From the NCBI GenBank assembly GCA_965218795.1, contig OZ244653.1:2080001-2144000 (forward strand): a stretch of DNA of 64,000 bases. The letters run 5' to 3'. Positions 39,477-50,047 of the stretch are shown piece by piece. The notes beneath the pieces were generated by a model, which was not told where the DNA came from, ran no database searches, and saw only the letters and a list, made by a program, of their open reading frames with translations. The stretch's first letter is position 1; each line of letters begins with the position of its first letter. The translations under genes and the position numbers were made by a program. This DNA comes from a bacterium (GTDB lineage: Bacteria; UBA8248; JACPRG01; G963555815).

Positions 39477-41759
39477 TTACGCCGAAGTTCCCGCTTCACG
39501 GAGTGCTGCGAGAACTTTGGGGGGGGTGACCGGCAGGTCCCGGATTCTGACCCCGGTGGCGTTGAAGACCGCATTGGTGATGACCGCCCCGCAGGCGTTC
39601 AGGGCGCACTCCGAGCATCCCTTGGCGCCGTAAGGCCCGTGCGGATCGAAGGATTCGATGAGTATGGAGTTGAAATCAGGCAACCCCTCGGCCTTGGGGA
39701 GCGTGTAATCGGCGAGGCTTCCGTTCACGAACTTCCCGGCGTCCAGGACGGGATTTTCAAACATTGCGAACCCGAGCCCTTGCGCCATTTCACCGTGAAT
39801 CTGTCCCTCGACCGTCAGCGGATTGATCGCCTTGCCGAGGTCGTCCGCCACGACGACATCCCGCAAGACGATGCAACCCGTCTCCGTGTCTACCTCCACC
39901 ACCGCCACGAGGCAGGCGAACGATGCCGCCGCCGTGTTTCTGCCGTACCCGGTCTCGGGGTCGGGCATGACCGTCGGCGGATCCCACGTTGCCTGAGCCG
40001 AGACCGTCCCGCCGCCCGCCTGAACCACCTCCCCCACTGTAAGCCTTCTTTGGGGAGCGGCCTTCAGTGAGACCGCCCCCGCCTCCAACACCAGGTCGGA
40101 TGGATCCACCTCCCAGTGTTCCGCCGCCAAATCCAGCAGCCGGTTTCGGCAGTCGGCCGAAGCGAGCCGGACGGCATTTCCCGCAATCATCGTGAGGCGG
40201 CTCGCATAGCCTCCGAGGCAGAAAGGTGTCTTTTCCGTGTCGGCCGGCGAGACCTCCACATCCGGGAACTCCAGGCCAAGCTCTTCAGCAGTCATCTGCG
40301 CAAGCACGGTCTTGGCCCCCTGGCCGATCTCCCCTTCTCCGCAGATCACCCTTGCGCGTCCGTCTTCGCCGACCTCGACGGTCGCCGTCGAGCCATCCCA
40401 TCCCTCCGGAACCTCCGCGAGCGAGCGCTGCCGGACCGAGGTCGAGTGAATGGCGCAGGCAAGCCCCACCCCGGTTCGGAATCTTCCCTCCCCGCCTCCC
40501 GATCGGATTCCACCCCAATCCACGGCCTGAACCGCCTTCTCCACGCACTCGCCGACCGCGCAGCTATCCATCTTCCAGCCGTGAACGCTCGTATCGCCTT
40601 GACGGACCAGGTTCTTGAGCCTGAGCTCCGCCGGGTCCATCCCCATCATGTCGGCCATGGCATCCAGGTGGGATTCGAGCGCGGAGGCCATCTGAACGTT
40701 GCCGAACCCTCGAAAAGCGCCGGCCGGGAGGAGATTGGTGTAGGCCAGATAGGCGTCGGTCTTGACGTTCTCCATCCGGTAGAGAGAATCCATCCGGACC
40801 GCCATGCATTGTAAAACCTCGGGAGACAGACAGGAGCTCGCCCCGTTGTTGGCGTAAATCCGGGTCTCCTTGGCGGCGATTGCGCCGTCCTCCCGAAGGC
40901 CCATCCTGAGGTAGGTCTTCGTGGGCATCCGCGGCCGCGACGCGCCGAACTCGTCCAGCCGGTTTCCTATCAGGCGGACGGGTCGCCCGGTTTGAAGCGC
41001 CAGAAAGACCGTGATGAGGGCGATGTTGTCTTCGTTGAGCTTTCCCCCGAAGCCGCCTCCGACGTGAGGCTGGACGACACGAAGGTTTTCCGCAGGCAGG
41101 CTCAAGGCGTTCGTCACATACCGGTGCGTGAGGTTGATGGATTGGGTCGGAGCATAAAGCGTCACGCGGCCGCCGCCATCCGCATCCGCCAAGGCTGCCA
41201 GGGGCTCCATATAGGATTGAAACTGATGAGGCGTGGTGTAGACATCTTCGTGGATGAGAGCGGACTCTGCAAACCCGAGTTCCACGTCTCCCCTGCGGAC
41301 GTGAAGCTCCCGGGCGAGGTTGGATTCGCCGTTGATCAGGGGAGCGCCCGGCTCAAGCGCGGTCTCAGGGTCGAACACGGCCGGGATCTCTTCATATTCG
41401 GGCGCCAGCAACTCAAGGGCCTCTTCCGCTGTCTCCTCGCTTTCCGCGACGACCGCCGCCAACTCCTCGCCGACGTAGCGGATCTTCTCTCGCGCGAGGA
41501 TGTATTGGTCCTTGTGGATGATCCCCCAATGGTCATCCGGAGTGTCCAGACCGGTGAAGACGCCGACAATGCCCGGGAGGCGTGCGGCGGTTCCGGTTTC
41601 AATCCGGAGAATCCGGGCGTGGGCAAGCGGGCTGCGGAGGACCTTGGCGTGCAGCATACCGGGCAGATCGATGTCCGCCACGTACCGGGCATCGCCCCGG
41701 ACTTTGACGGGCGAATCGATTTGCGGGATGGGCCTGCCAACGACCCGAAGAGCTCCCAT
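39477..41759 (-). CDS. Xanthine dehydrogenase family Mo-binding large subunit (L2)
   Basis: RSPLAHA, YMEP, GGGFGGK, AFRGFGN, GQG, GQIHG, GAKGCSEC. Confidence 0.93.
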   Translation of the reverse strand: MGALRVVGRPIPQIDSPVKVRGDARYVADIDLPGMLHAKVLRSPLAHARILRIETGTAARLPGIVGVFTGLDTPDDHWGIIHKDQYILAREKIRYVGEELAAVVAESEETAEEALELLAPEYEEIPAVFDPETALEPGAPLINGESNLARELHVRRGDVELGFAESALIHEDVYTTPHQFQSYMEPLAALADADGGGRVTLYAPTQSINLTHRYVTNALSLPAENLRVVQPHVGGGFGGKLNEDNIALITVFLALQTGRPVRLIGNRLDEFGASRPRMPTKTYLRMGLREDGAIAAKETRIYANNGASSCLSPEVLQCMAVRMDSLYRMENVKTDAYLAYTNLLPAGAFRGFGNVQMASALESHLDAMADMMGMDPAELRLKNLVRQGDTSVHGWKMDSCAVGECVEKAVQAVDWGGIRSGGGEGRFRTGVGLACAIHSTSVRQRSLAEVPEGWDGSTATVEVGEDGRARVICGEGEIGQGAKTVLAQMTAEELGLEFPDVEVSPADTEKTPFCLGGYASRLTMIAGNAVRLASADCRNRLLDLAAEHWEVDPSDLVLEAGAVSLKAAPQRRLTVGEVVQAGGGTVSAQATWDPPTVMPDPETGYGRNTAAASFACLVAVVEVDTETGCIVLRDVVVADDLGKAINPLTVEGQIHGEMAQGLGFAMFENPVLDAGKFVNGSLADYTLPKAEGLPDFNSILIESFDPHGPYGAKGCSECALNACGAVITNAVFNATGVRIRDLPVTPPKVLAALREAGTSA

Positions 41760-41932
41760 CAGGAATTTCCCCGCGACAATCAGAAAATGACGGTTCAGAG
41801 CGGCAAAGGAACAAATCGAACTCGGAATATCTGCATCCCAGAGAATCTTAAGCGAATCCCAAGAGAATTGACAGACTCGTCACGAACCAACCCATGAAGA
41901 CGATTCAATCGATTTGAAGGCTCCGAATGAAT

Positions 41933-41961
41933 ATTGTGAGATAATTATCCGATCTCTCAAT
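41933..41961. promoter_or_regulatory. Imperfect inverted repeat (operator-like) in divergent intergenic region
   Basis: ATTGTGAGAT-N9-ATCTCTCAAT (9/10 complementary). Confidence 0.4.
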
Positions 41962-41984
41962 GAATTCAAGCGCGGGGGCCCGAT

Positions 41985-43280
41985 ATGGCAGACAAGACGC
42001 AAACCATCCGAGAAGATTTCCGAAAGTATCTGTTTTCCTGTATCCGTCCGTTCTACGAAAATCCGCTTGTGATCGAAAGGGGCCAGGGGTCCACCGTTGT
42101 CGACTCGGAAGGCCGCGAGTATCTCGACTTCTTCGGCGGGATTCTCGTCACGGGCATCGGCCATTGCCACCCCAAGGTGAAGGAACGCACGGTCGCCCAG
42201 ATCAACAAGGTTCAGCACACCTCCAACTTTTACGTGACCGAGCCGCCGGTCGCCCTTGCAAAGAAGCTGGCCGAGATCACGCCCGGCAAGCTTCAGAAAA
42301 CTTTTTTTACGAACAGCGGGAGTGAGGCCGACGAGACCGCCGTCCTCGTGGCCCGCTGCTACACGGGCAACTACGAGGTCGTCGCGATGCGCCACGGATA
42401 CGCCGGCCGGACAACCTTGGCCATGTCCATGATCGGCGATTCCCAATACCGCCTGCCGGGAGCCGGACTGGGCGCAGGCGTGGTCCAAGTGGCCAATCCC
42501 TACTGCTATCGCTGTCCATACGGCCTGACCTATCCCGAGTGTGAATTGCACTGCGCCCGCGACGTGGAGGAGGTCATCCGCACCTCGACAGTCGGCCGTA
42601 TCGCGGCATTCGTCGCAGAACCCATTCAGGGCGTGGGGGGGTTCATCGTCCCCCCCAAGGAGTATTTTCAGGTGGTGGCGGAAATCGTGCGCCGTTACGG
42701 CGGCATCTTCATCTCGGACGAGGTCCAGACGGGTTTCGGACGGACGGGCGGCAAAATGTTCGCCATCGAGCACTTCGACGTTGTGCCGGAGGTCATGACG
42801 ATGGCCAAGGCGCTGGGAAACGGGATGCCCATTGGCGCCACTATCGCCGCCCCCGAAGTGGCCGACAGCATCCAGGGCTTCTCCGTCTCCACGTACGGCG
42901 GAAATCCCGTTTCGACGGAAACGGCGCGGGCCGTGCTCGACGTCATCATCGACGAGGACTTGGTGAAGAACGCTCAGGAGGTCGGGGCGTTTCTACGCCA
43001 GAGGTTGGACGAAATGAAAGAACGGTTTCCCGTCATTGGCGACGTTCGCGGAATGGGCTTGATGCAGGGGATGGAATTGGTCGAGGAGGGAAAGGAACCC
43101 GCGCCCCATATCGTCAATCAAATCTTCGAGGAGACGCGCAAGCGGGGTCTCCTCATCGGCAAAGGCGGAACGCACGGAAACTTTATCCGGGTGACCCCGC
43201 CACTCAACGTGAGCCGGTCCGACGCGGAAGCCGGGATGAAAATCTTCGAGGAATCCTTTGAGGCCATTGCGGGAGCCTGA
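41985..43280 (+). CDS. Class III PLP aminotransferase (AGXT2/GabT-like)
   Basis: YLDFFGGI..GHCHP, NSGSEA, AEPIQGVGG, DEVQTGFGRTG, AKALGNG, VRGMGLM. Confidence 0.94.
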   Translation: MADKTQTIREDFRKYLFSCIRPFYENPLVIERGQGSTVVDSEGREYLDFFGGILVTGIGHCHPKVKERTVAQINKVQHTSNFYVTEPPVALAKKLAEITPGKLQKTFFTNSGSEADETAVLVARCYTGNYEVVAMRHGYAGRTTLAMSMIGDSQYRLPGAGLGAGVVQVANPYCYRCPYGLTYPECELHCARDVEEVIRTSTVGRIAAFVAEPIQGVGGFIVPPKEYFQVVAEIVRRYGGIFISDEVQTGFGRTGGKMFAIEHFDVVPEVMTMAKALGNGMPIGATIAAPEVADSIQGFSVSTYGGNPVSTETARAVLDVIIDEDLVKNAQEVGAFLRQRLDEMKERFPVIGDVRGMGLMQGMELVEEGKEPAPHIVNQIFEETRKRGLLIGKGGTHGNFIRVTPPLNVSRSDAEAGMKIFEESFEAIAGA

Positions 43281-43414
43281 TGGGCCCGTGTCAGGTCGAG
43301 CTGAATCTTATCGGGCGGAACCCTGACCCTCACACGGATCCCGCTGGAGTTGAAGACCTGCGCCCGGAATGACTGCGAGTCATGGTCATCGAAGCAAAAT
43401 CCCAGGTTTTTCGC

Positions 43415-45673
43415 TCATGACAACGAGGCGCGGATCTTTTGTGCGGTGATGGGAAGGTCGCGAATGCGAACGCCCGTGGCATGGTAAACCGCATTGGCCA
43501 CGGCCGCCGCGGCCGGATCGATGGGCGCCTCCGAAGCCCCCTTGGCGCCGTAAGGCCCCAGCGGGTCGTTGGATTCAATCAGGATGGATTCCAGGTTGGA
43601 CGTGCTCTCCGCCTTGGGAAGCGGGTAATCGGCCAGGTTGCCGTTCAGGGCCTGCCCTTCCGAAAACAGGATTCCCTCCGTTAAGGCGTAACCGAGCCCC
43701 TGAACCAATGCCCCGTGCACCTGCCCTTCAGCCAAGAGCGGGTTCAGAATGAAACCCACGTCATCGGCGACCCATACGCCCAACAGAGCAATGGCTCCCG
43801 TCTCCATGTCTACCTCGACCTCTGCGGCGAGGGCGGTGAACTCATAGGACGGCGCGAAATTGCCGTAGAGGGCCTTATCCAGCACGAAATCGCTGGGCGG
43901 GTCGTAGACCCCCCGGCCCACCACCGGCTCGCCGTCTTTTCGAAGAAGGTGGGACTCGGCGGCCTCCCCCATCGAGATCCGTCGATCTGGCGCGTTCTTC
44001 ACGCACACAAAACCGTTTTCCAGGGTCAGGTCCTCCGGACGGGCCTCCAGCTTGTCGGCTGCGGCCTCCAGGAGCTGCCGCCGGGCGTCCTGCGCCGCCA
44101 GACGCGCCGCGTTCCCGCCGATCACAGTCAGCCGGCTCGCATAGGCTCCGAAGCTGAGCGGGCTATGCTCCGTATCGGCGCCCGAGACGGACACCTCGCG
44201 GATGCCCACGCCCAACTCCTCCGCCACGATTTGTGCGAGGACGGTCTGGGCGCCCTGGCCGATGTCGCCCTCTCCGAAAACGATGTGCGCGGCTCCCTCT
44301 GAGTTGATCTTGACCTCCATGCTGGAGCCGTCCCAATCGCCGTAGACCCGGGCGCCGCTGGTGTGGACGGCGGCGGCCAGACCGATGCCCCGGCGCCGGA
44401 CCTTGTCGTGCTTTTCCGCACGCTTGGCCTTCCAGCCGCAGCGCAGCATCACATCCCGAAGGCATTGGTCCAGAGCACAGGAGGCGAGCTTCCATCCGTG
44501 GACGGTCGTGTCTCCCGCTTGGACCGCGTTCTTCAGCCGAAGCTCGGCAGGATCCATGCCGACGGCTGCGGCCAGCAGATCGATGTGCTGCTCGACCGCA
44601 AACCCGACCTGTGGATTCCCGTACCCCCGAAAGGCGCCCTTGGGGATGGAATTCGTATACGCAAGCCGGCCCTCGGTTCGGATGTTTTTCATCCGGTAAT
44701 GGTTGTCCATCCGCATGATCCCGGCCCCAAGAATCCCGAGCGCCTCCCCCACATAGGCTCCCGCGTCGGCCAGGACCTGGCATGACTTGGCCGTGAAGGC
44801 GCCATCTTTTCGGATGCCCATCCTGAGCGTAATCGACATCGGAACCCGCGGACGGCCCGCCTGGAATTCCTCCGGCTTTGTATTCAGCAGCCTCACGGGC
44901 ACGCCGGTCTTTCGGGAAAGAAGCGCCGCGATCATGGGCAGCGGCTCATCCCGCTTCCCGCCGAAAGAGCCGCCGACCGTCGCCTGAATCACGCGGACGT
45001 TGGAAAGCGGGAGACCCAGGGCCTTGGCGACCCGCTTCTGGGAATAGAAGATCCCCTGGCAGGGAATCCAGAGGGTCACGCGTTCCCGTCCGTCCGCCTG
45101 GGCCAAGGCGCCCATCGGCTCCATGTAGGCCTGGGATGCGATGGACGTGCGGTAGGTTTCCTCAACGACCGCGTCCGCTTCGGCGAAGCCGGCGTCGGGG
45201 TCTCCCCGCGTGAATTCGATCTCCCCCGCCAGATTGCCCGATTCATGGACCCGGGACGCGCCTTCGCGGAGGGCCTCTTCCGGATCGAGGACAGCGGGGA
45301 GGGGCTCGTACTCCACGTCGATCAATTCCAGGGCGTCGAGGGCCGCCGCCTCGTCCACCGCGGCGACGGCCGCCACCTCTTGCCCGACGTACAGGACGCG
45401 GTCGACGGCCAGTATCGTCTGGTCATCGATGACCGTGCCCCAGCGGATGGAAGGGACATCGTCCCGGGTCAGGACCGCTTTGACGCCGGGCACCTTGAGG
45501 GCCCGTCCTGCATCGATGCGGACGATTCGCGCGTGCGGGTGCGGGCTCCTGAGGATCTTGGCGTGAAGCATCCGGGGCAGAGCCATATCCCCCACGTAGG
45601 GAGATGCTCCCCGGACTTTCAGAGGAGCATCGAGGGCCGGAGTCGGCTTTCCGATGACGGAGAAATCAGACAC
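43415..45673 (-). CDS. Xanthine dehydrogenase family Mo-binding large subunit (L3)
   Basis: RSPHPHA, YMEP, GGSFGGK, AFRGYGNPQ, GQVHG, GAKGASE. Confidence 0.93.
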   Translation of the reverse strand: MSDFSVIGKPTPALDAPLKVRGASPYVGDMALPRMLHAKILRSPHPHARIVRIDAGRALKVPGVKAVLTRDDVPSIRWGTVIDDQTILAVDRVLYVGQEVAAVAAVDEAAALDALELIDVEYEPLPAVLDPEEALREGASRVHESGNLAGEIEFTRGDPDAGFAEADAVVEETYRTSIASQAYMEPMGALAQADGRERVTLWIPCQGIFYSQKRVAKALGLPLSNVRVIQATVGGSFGGKRDEPLPMIAALLSRKTGVPVRLLNTKPEEFQAGRPRVPMSITLRMGIRKDGAFTAKSCQVLADAGAYVGEALGILGAGIMRMDNHYRMKNIRTEGRLAYTNSIPKGAFRGYGNPQVGFAVEQHIDLLAAAVGMDPAELRLKNAVQAGDTTVHGWKLASCALDQCLRDVMLRCGWKAKRAEKHDKVRRRGIGLAAAVHTSGARVYGDWDGSSMEVKINSEGAAHIVFGEGDIGQGAQTVLAQIVAEELGVGIREVSVSGADTEHSPLSFGAYASRLTVIGGNAARLAAQDARRQLLEAAADKLEARPEDLTLENGFVCVKNAPDRRISMGEAAESHLLRKDGEPVVGRGVYDPPSDFVLDKALYGNFAPSYEFTALAAEVEVDMETGAIALLGVWVADDVGFILNPLLAEGQVHGALVQGLGYALTEGILFSEGQALNGNLADYPLPKAESTSNLESILIESNDPLGPYGAKGASEAPIDPAAAAVANAVYHATGVRIRDLPITAQKIRASLS

Positions 45674-45705
45674 GCCTCCCTCCTCGAATCATTATCAAAG
45701 AGTAC

Positions 45706-45753
45706 AAAAAAGACGGGCCGGTGCGGGAGTCCATCAACCCGCGCGCCCGGCCC
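45706..45753 (-). terminator. Putative intrinsic terminator after hydantoinase B
   Basis: Minus strand GGGCCGG..CCGGCCC stem followed by GTCTTTTTT. Confidence 0.55.
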
Positions 45754-45811
45754 CATCCCTTTCTGGTTCTTCTTCAGCGACCCGACAACCCGCTGGATGC
45801 CAAAGCGGGAC

Positions 45812-47608
45812 CTATCCCTTGGCCTTTCTCTCCGCCCGCAGTTTCTCCGTTGCATCCAGGTCCACCTCGAGCGTGTCTGGATCGACGACGACGCCGTAAT
45901 CCTCGGCCGCCTTGTCCATCGAGAGAAGCTCGTTGATGACATCTTCCCGCACTCGTTCCGGAGGCCGCTCCAGCGGGTCGCCGACACCGCCCCCGCCGCT
46001 GCACTTGGCCACAACGATGTCATCTTTGACATATTGGACCTGGGCACAGGTCCGGAAGGGAACTCTCTCGCCCTCCCGGATGAAGTAGAGGTCGTGATAA
46101 ATCGCGTCCTTCCCTCCCGCCTGGCCGAAGGGACGGAATTTCATGCCCGAGCTGGTCCCCGTATTCACGAATACCCGGCCTTCGTTTTCATTGATCATCT
46201 CGTAATGCGTACCGTAGCCGCCACGCCACCTGCCGGCTCCGGCGGAGTCGGGTAGATATCCGTATTCCAGGATGCGCCACGGGATCATCATTTCGGTGAT
46301 CTCGACGGTATTCTTGGTGACGCCTCCCGCAATGATGGGCGGGGTGACGTGCGGCCATCCGTCATGACCCCAAATCGCCCCGCTTCCGCCGTCCGGTCCA
46401 AAGGAGCAGAAATAGAACTTTTCGTAGAGCCCGGTCTCCTCGTTGAATTCCCGTCCGTCGTCCCCGAAGGTGATTAAGGACACGTGAGGGGCCCACATGG
46501 CGCTGACGCTTTGGGGCATCGCCTTGCCCAGGGCCATCTGAAGCGCTTCGATGAGCTCATCTCCCAAGTGGCAGTTGCACCCCCCGACCGTAGCGGGATA
46601 CTGCGCATTGACGCAGGTGTTCTCCGGGGCAATGATCTCGATGGGCCGGCAACTTCCCTCGTTGAACGTAATGTCCGGGTTCACGGACATCAAAATCGGG
46701 ATGTAGGTGCAGGCGTGGTTGACGGCCAACGGGGTGTTGACGAAGTCGACCAGCGGATCGCTGCCCGTCCAGTCGACCGTCATCTCATCGCCCTGGATGG
46801 TGACGTGGACCCTCACATAGACGGGCTTGTCCGTCGTACCGTCCCAATCACAGCCGCTTTCCCCGTAATACGTCCCGTCCGGCATGTTCGAGATCTCGGC
46901 CCGCATGGCCTGCTCGGAGGAATCCAGCAGGGTCTGCTGGCAGGCGAGAACCGTCTCTCTCCCCATCTTCTCGCAGAGCCGAAGAAGCTCTTCCTCCGCC
47001 CGCTTGGTCGCCCCCATCATGGCCATGTTGTCCATGGAGACCACGTCGGGCCAACGCACGTTGTTCAGAATGAAGTCATAGACGGGCTGCCGCTCGCCAC
47101 GCTCGTAGATCTTCGTATAGTCAATGCGGATGCCTTCGCTGTGGATATCGTATGCGCCGGGGTAGTACCCGCTCGGGAAGGCCCCGCCCGTGTCCTGCTG
47201 ATGCCCTTTCAACAGGGCGAAGAAGATCAACTCATCCTCGAAGAAGACCGGGCGGATAATGGACCAGTCGTTCAGATGCGAGCCGCCGGCCTGGAAAGGG
47301 TCGTTCGCCAGAAAGACATCCCCGGGGAAAATGTTGCCTCTGAAACGCTCAGCCAACGGGGAGACCTGAGACTTGGCGACGGCCACATGCAGGGGCATCC
47401 AGGATTTGATCGAGAGGAGCCGGCCCTCGGCGTCGAAGACCCCCGGGGAGAAATCATTGCACTCCATCAGGATAAAGCACTGCCCGGCATGCTTCAGGAC
47501 ATTACCCATCAAGTCACAGGTATAGAGGATCTTGTGCTGCAGGACGGCCGCGTCCATCGGATCGACTTGCATGGAAGCCGGTGCGGACTGTTCAGAGGCC
47601 ATATCCAC
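45812..47608 (-). CDS. Hydantoinase B / oxoprolinase family protein
   Basis: GDVFLANDPF..HLND, GH..DTGG, SEG, PDGTY, DSAGAGRWRGG, GGGGVGDPLER. Confidence 0.93.
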   Translation of the reverse strand: MDMASEQSAPASMQVDPMDAAVLQHKILYTCDLMGNVLKHAGQCFILMECNDFSPGVFDAEGRLLSIKSWMPLHVAVAKSQVSPLAERFRGNIFPGDVFLANDPFQAGGSHLNDWSIIRPVFFEDELIFFALLKGHQQDTGGAFPSGYYPGAYDIHSEGIRIDYTKIYERGERQPVYDFILNNVRWPDVVSMDNMAMMGATKRAEEELLRLCEKMGRETVLACQQTLLDSSEQAMRAEISNMPDGTYYGESGCDWDGTTDKPVYVRVHVTIQGDEMTVDWTGSDPLVDFVNTPLAVNHACTYIPILMSVNPDITFNEGSCRPIEIIAPENTCVNAQYPATVGGCNCHLGDELIEALQMALGKAMPQSVSAMWAPHVSLITFGDDGREFNEETGLYEKFYFCSFGPDGGSGAIWGHDGWPHVTPPIIAGGVTKNTVEITEMMIPWRILEYGYLPDSAGAGRWRGGYGTHYEMINENEGRVFVNTGTSSGMKFRPFGQAGGKDAIYHDLYFIREGERVPFRTCAQVQYVKDDIVVAKCSGGGGVGDPLERPPERVREDVINELLSMDKAAEDYGVVVDPDTLEVDLDATEKLRAERKAKG

Positions 47609-47667
47609 ATCTCCTTCCCATCCGGGGTTGGTTCGAATTCAATACGTTGAACTTCAATTCACCCCTC

Positions 47668-49746
47668 CTACAACGGCACTTCCACGATATAGTTTCCGAA
47701 GGGGTCGACTTCGCATGTGAAATCGGGGGGAACGACAATCGTTGTGAACGGCTCTTCGACAATCGCCGGACCCTCGAACCGATCCCCCGCGCACATTTTG
47801 CTCCCGTCGAAGATCTTCGTGTCTACGAATTCTTTCACCTCGTCGAAATAAACCTCTCGAGAGGGCCGCAATGCCCTTGATGGATCCGAGCTGTCCGAGG
47901 TCATCGGCTTCACCGAGGGTTTTTGGATCTTTCCGATGGCCGCCAGTTTGTAATTCAGCATCTCGGTCGGTTTGTCCTCGACGGAAAAGGCGTACAACTC
48001 GTGGTGAAGCTCATGGTAGCGCTCGACCACCCCCTCCAGGGTCTCGTCCGTGATCTCCCCTTCCGGGACGGGAACCTCGATCTCATAGAACTGCCCTCGA
48101 TACCGCATGTCGAGGGATCGGCGGAATTCCATGTTCGATTCAGAGACCCCTTCCTCCTGAAGTGTTTCCCTGCCGCGGTCTTCTATCTCCTGAAAGATGC
48201 TGTTGATTCGCTTTAAATCGGCTCCAAGCCGCGTCGTGTAGTAGGAATGAACGTAGTTGTGGCGGAGGTCGGAGAGGAGCATCCCGAACGCGCAATACGT
48301 GCTCGCGCCTTTGGGGGCGATCACATACGGGATCCGCATTTCCAGGGCGATGCTCGCCGCATGCGCAGGACCGAGCCCGCCGCCCATCAGCAGGTTGAAA
48401 TCGCGCACGTCATGGCCGCGCCGGTGAGCGGCGTTGGCCACCGCTCCGGCCACGATGGTGTTCGTGACCGCGTAGATGGCTCGGGCGGCCTCGGTCGTAT
48501 CCACCCCCAAGGGGTCCGCCACCTTCTTCCTGAGCGTCTCCTCGGCCTTCGACCGATCCAGATCCATTTCCCCGCCGAGAATCTGCTCGGAGGGAAGGAT
48601 CCCGAGGATCAGGTCGGCGTCCGTCACGGTAGGATCTTCGCCCCCGCGTCCGTAGGAGGCCGGCCCAGGCGTGGCGCCCGCGGATCGAGGGCCCACCCGA
48701 AGGATCCCGCCGGCGTCCAGCGAGGCGATGCTCCCGCCGCCGGCTCCGATATGGACGAGATCGATGGAAGGGCTGGCGTTCGTGTAATCCCCAATGCTCC
48801 TGTAAATCCCGCCCTGAGAGATCATGGGGATCTTCTTGCCCTCGATAAAGACGACGTCGCAGCTGGTCCCGCCCATGTCTACGCTGATCAAGTTCTCCTT
48901 TCGGGCCCCCTCGCCCACGGCCATGGCGGCCGGAACGCTCGCGGCCGGACCGGAGGACAAGCAGGTCACAGGCCGGCTGGCCGCTTCCTGCCAGGACTGG
49001 GTCCCGCCGTTGGACTGCATGATGAGCAGGGTGCCCTTGAACCCGATCTTCCGCAGGCCCCCATCCAGGGACTGGAGATATCTTCCCAGGCGGGGTCCCA
49101 CATAGGCGTCCAGCGCGGTGGTGCTGATCCGCTCGTACTCGCGAACCTGTGGAAGCACCTGACAGGAAAGACTGACGAAAGCCTCGGGCATCTCCTCCCG
49201 AATGATCTCTCCGACCTTTTTCTCATGATCGGGGTGAAGGAAGCTGTAGAGGAAGCAAACGGCGACGGCCTCCGCTCCCTTCTCCTTGAGCTTCCGGACG
49301 GCCGCGCGGGCCTCGTCCTCATCCAATGGCGTCAGGACTTCGCCCGTGTGAACCACCCGCTCGGGGACCTCCAGTCGCATGTGCCGGGGCGAGAGCGGGT
49401 TGGGGAAATCGGCGCGCCAGTCGAAGGTGTCTTCCTTCATCCCCCGGCGGAACTCGAGGATGTCCCGGAAGCCCTTCGTCGTGATGACTCCGGTCTCCGC
49501 GCCGGTCAGCGTGAGCACGGTATTGGTTGCAACGGTCGTCCCGTGAACGATCAGGTCCACTTCGCCCAAAAATGAATCGAGCGATTTTCCATAGGCCGCC
49601 GCGGCCTTCTCGATCCCCAGCATCACCCCACGGGAGAAATCGTCGGGCGTCGACGACTCCTTGAAGTCCCGAATTTCCCCGCTTTCGTCGATACAGACGA
49701 AATCCGTGAAGGTTCCACCGCAATCCACACCGATTCTCAACCCCAT
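47668..49746 (-). CDS. Hydantoinase A / oxoprolinase family protein (ATP-dependent)
   Basis: GVDCGGTFTD, HGTTVATN, REYER, SGPA, DMGGTS, GAGGGSIA, PTVTDA. Confidence 0.94.
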   Translation of the reverse strand: MGLRIGVDCGGTFTDFVCIDESGEIRDFKESSTPDDFSRGVMLGIEKAAAAYGKSLDSFLGEVDLIVHGTTVATNTVLTLTGAETGVITTKGFRDILEFRRGMKEDTFDWRADFPNPLSPRHMRLEVPERVVHTGEVLTPLDEDEARAAVRKLKEKGAEAVAVCFLYSFLHPDHEKKVGEIIREEMPEAFVSLSCQVLPQVREYERISTTALDAYVGPRLGRYLQSLDGGLRKIGFKGTLLIMQSNGGTQSWQEAASRPVTCLSSGPAASVPAAMAVGEGARKENLISVDMGGTSCDVVFIEGKKIPMISQGGIYRSIGDYTNASPSIDLVHIGAGGGSIASLDAGGILRVGPRSAGATPGPASYGRGGEDPTVTDADLILGILPSEQILGGEMDLDRSKAEETLRKKVADPLGVDTTEAARAIYAVTNTIVAGAVANAAHRRGHDVRDFNLLMGGGLGPAHAASIALEMRIPYVIAPKGASTYCAFGMLLSDLRHNYVHSYYTTRLGADLKRINSIFQEIEDRGRETLQEEGVSESNMEFRRSLDMRYRGQFYEIEVPVPEGEITDETLEGVVERYHELHHELYAFSVEDKPTEMLNYKLAAIGKIQKPSVKPMTSDSSDPSRALRPSREVYFDEVKEFVDTKIFDGSKMCAGDRFEGPAIVEEPFTTIVVPPDFTCEVDPFGNYIVEVPL

Positions 49747-49981
49747 CTTTGTCCTCGCTTCAGTCGCTCTCAGTTTTTGTGTCCGTTCACACGGAGGAGA
49801 CGGACGCACTGGATCCAGACACTCCAATCCTCTGACGATTCGAACGTCCGGGTCCGAATTCGGCCAGAAGACCTACATCAGAACGTCATGATTCATCGGC
49901 GATTCGGTATCGACGTTTCCCGCATCTTTTCCTTCAGACCCCGGTGCCGTCTCGCAAATCAGCCCACAACGAAGACTGAGG

Positions 49982-50010
49982 AAAACCGGGCGGGCTCAAT
50001 GCCCGCCCGG
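49982..50010 (-). terminator. Intrinsic terminator after BMP gene
   Basis: Perfect 10-bp stem CCGGGCGGGC/GCCCGCCCGG with TTTT on minus strand. Confidence 0.7.
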
Positions 50011-50047
50011 AGACATTCCCCCAATCACCGTTCCGCTCGAGATACGG

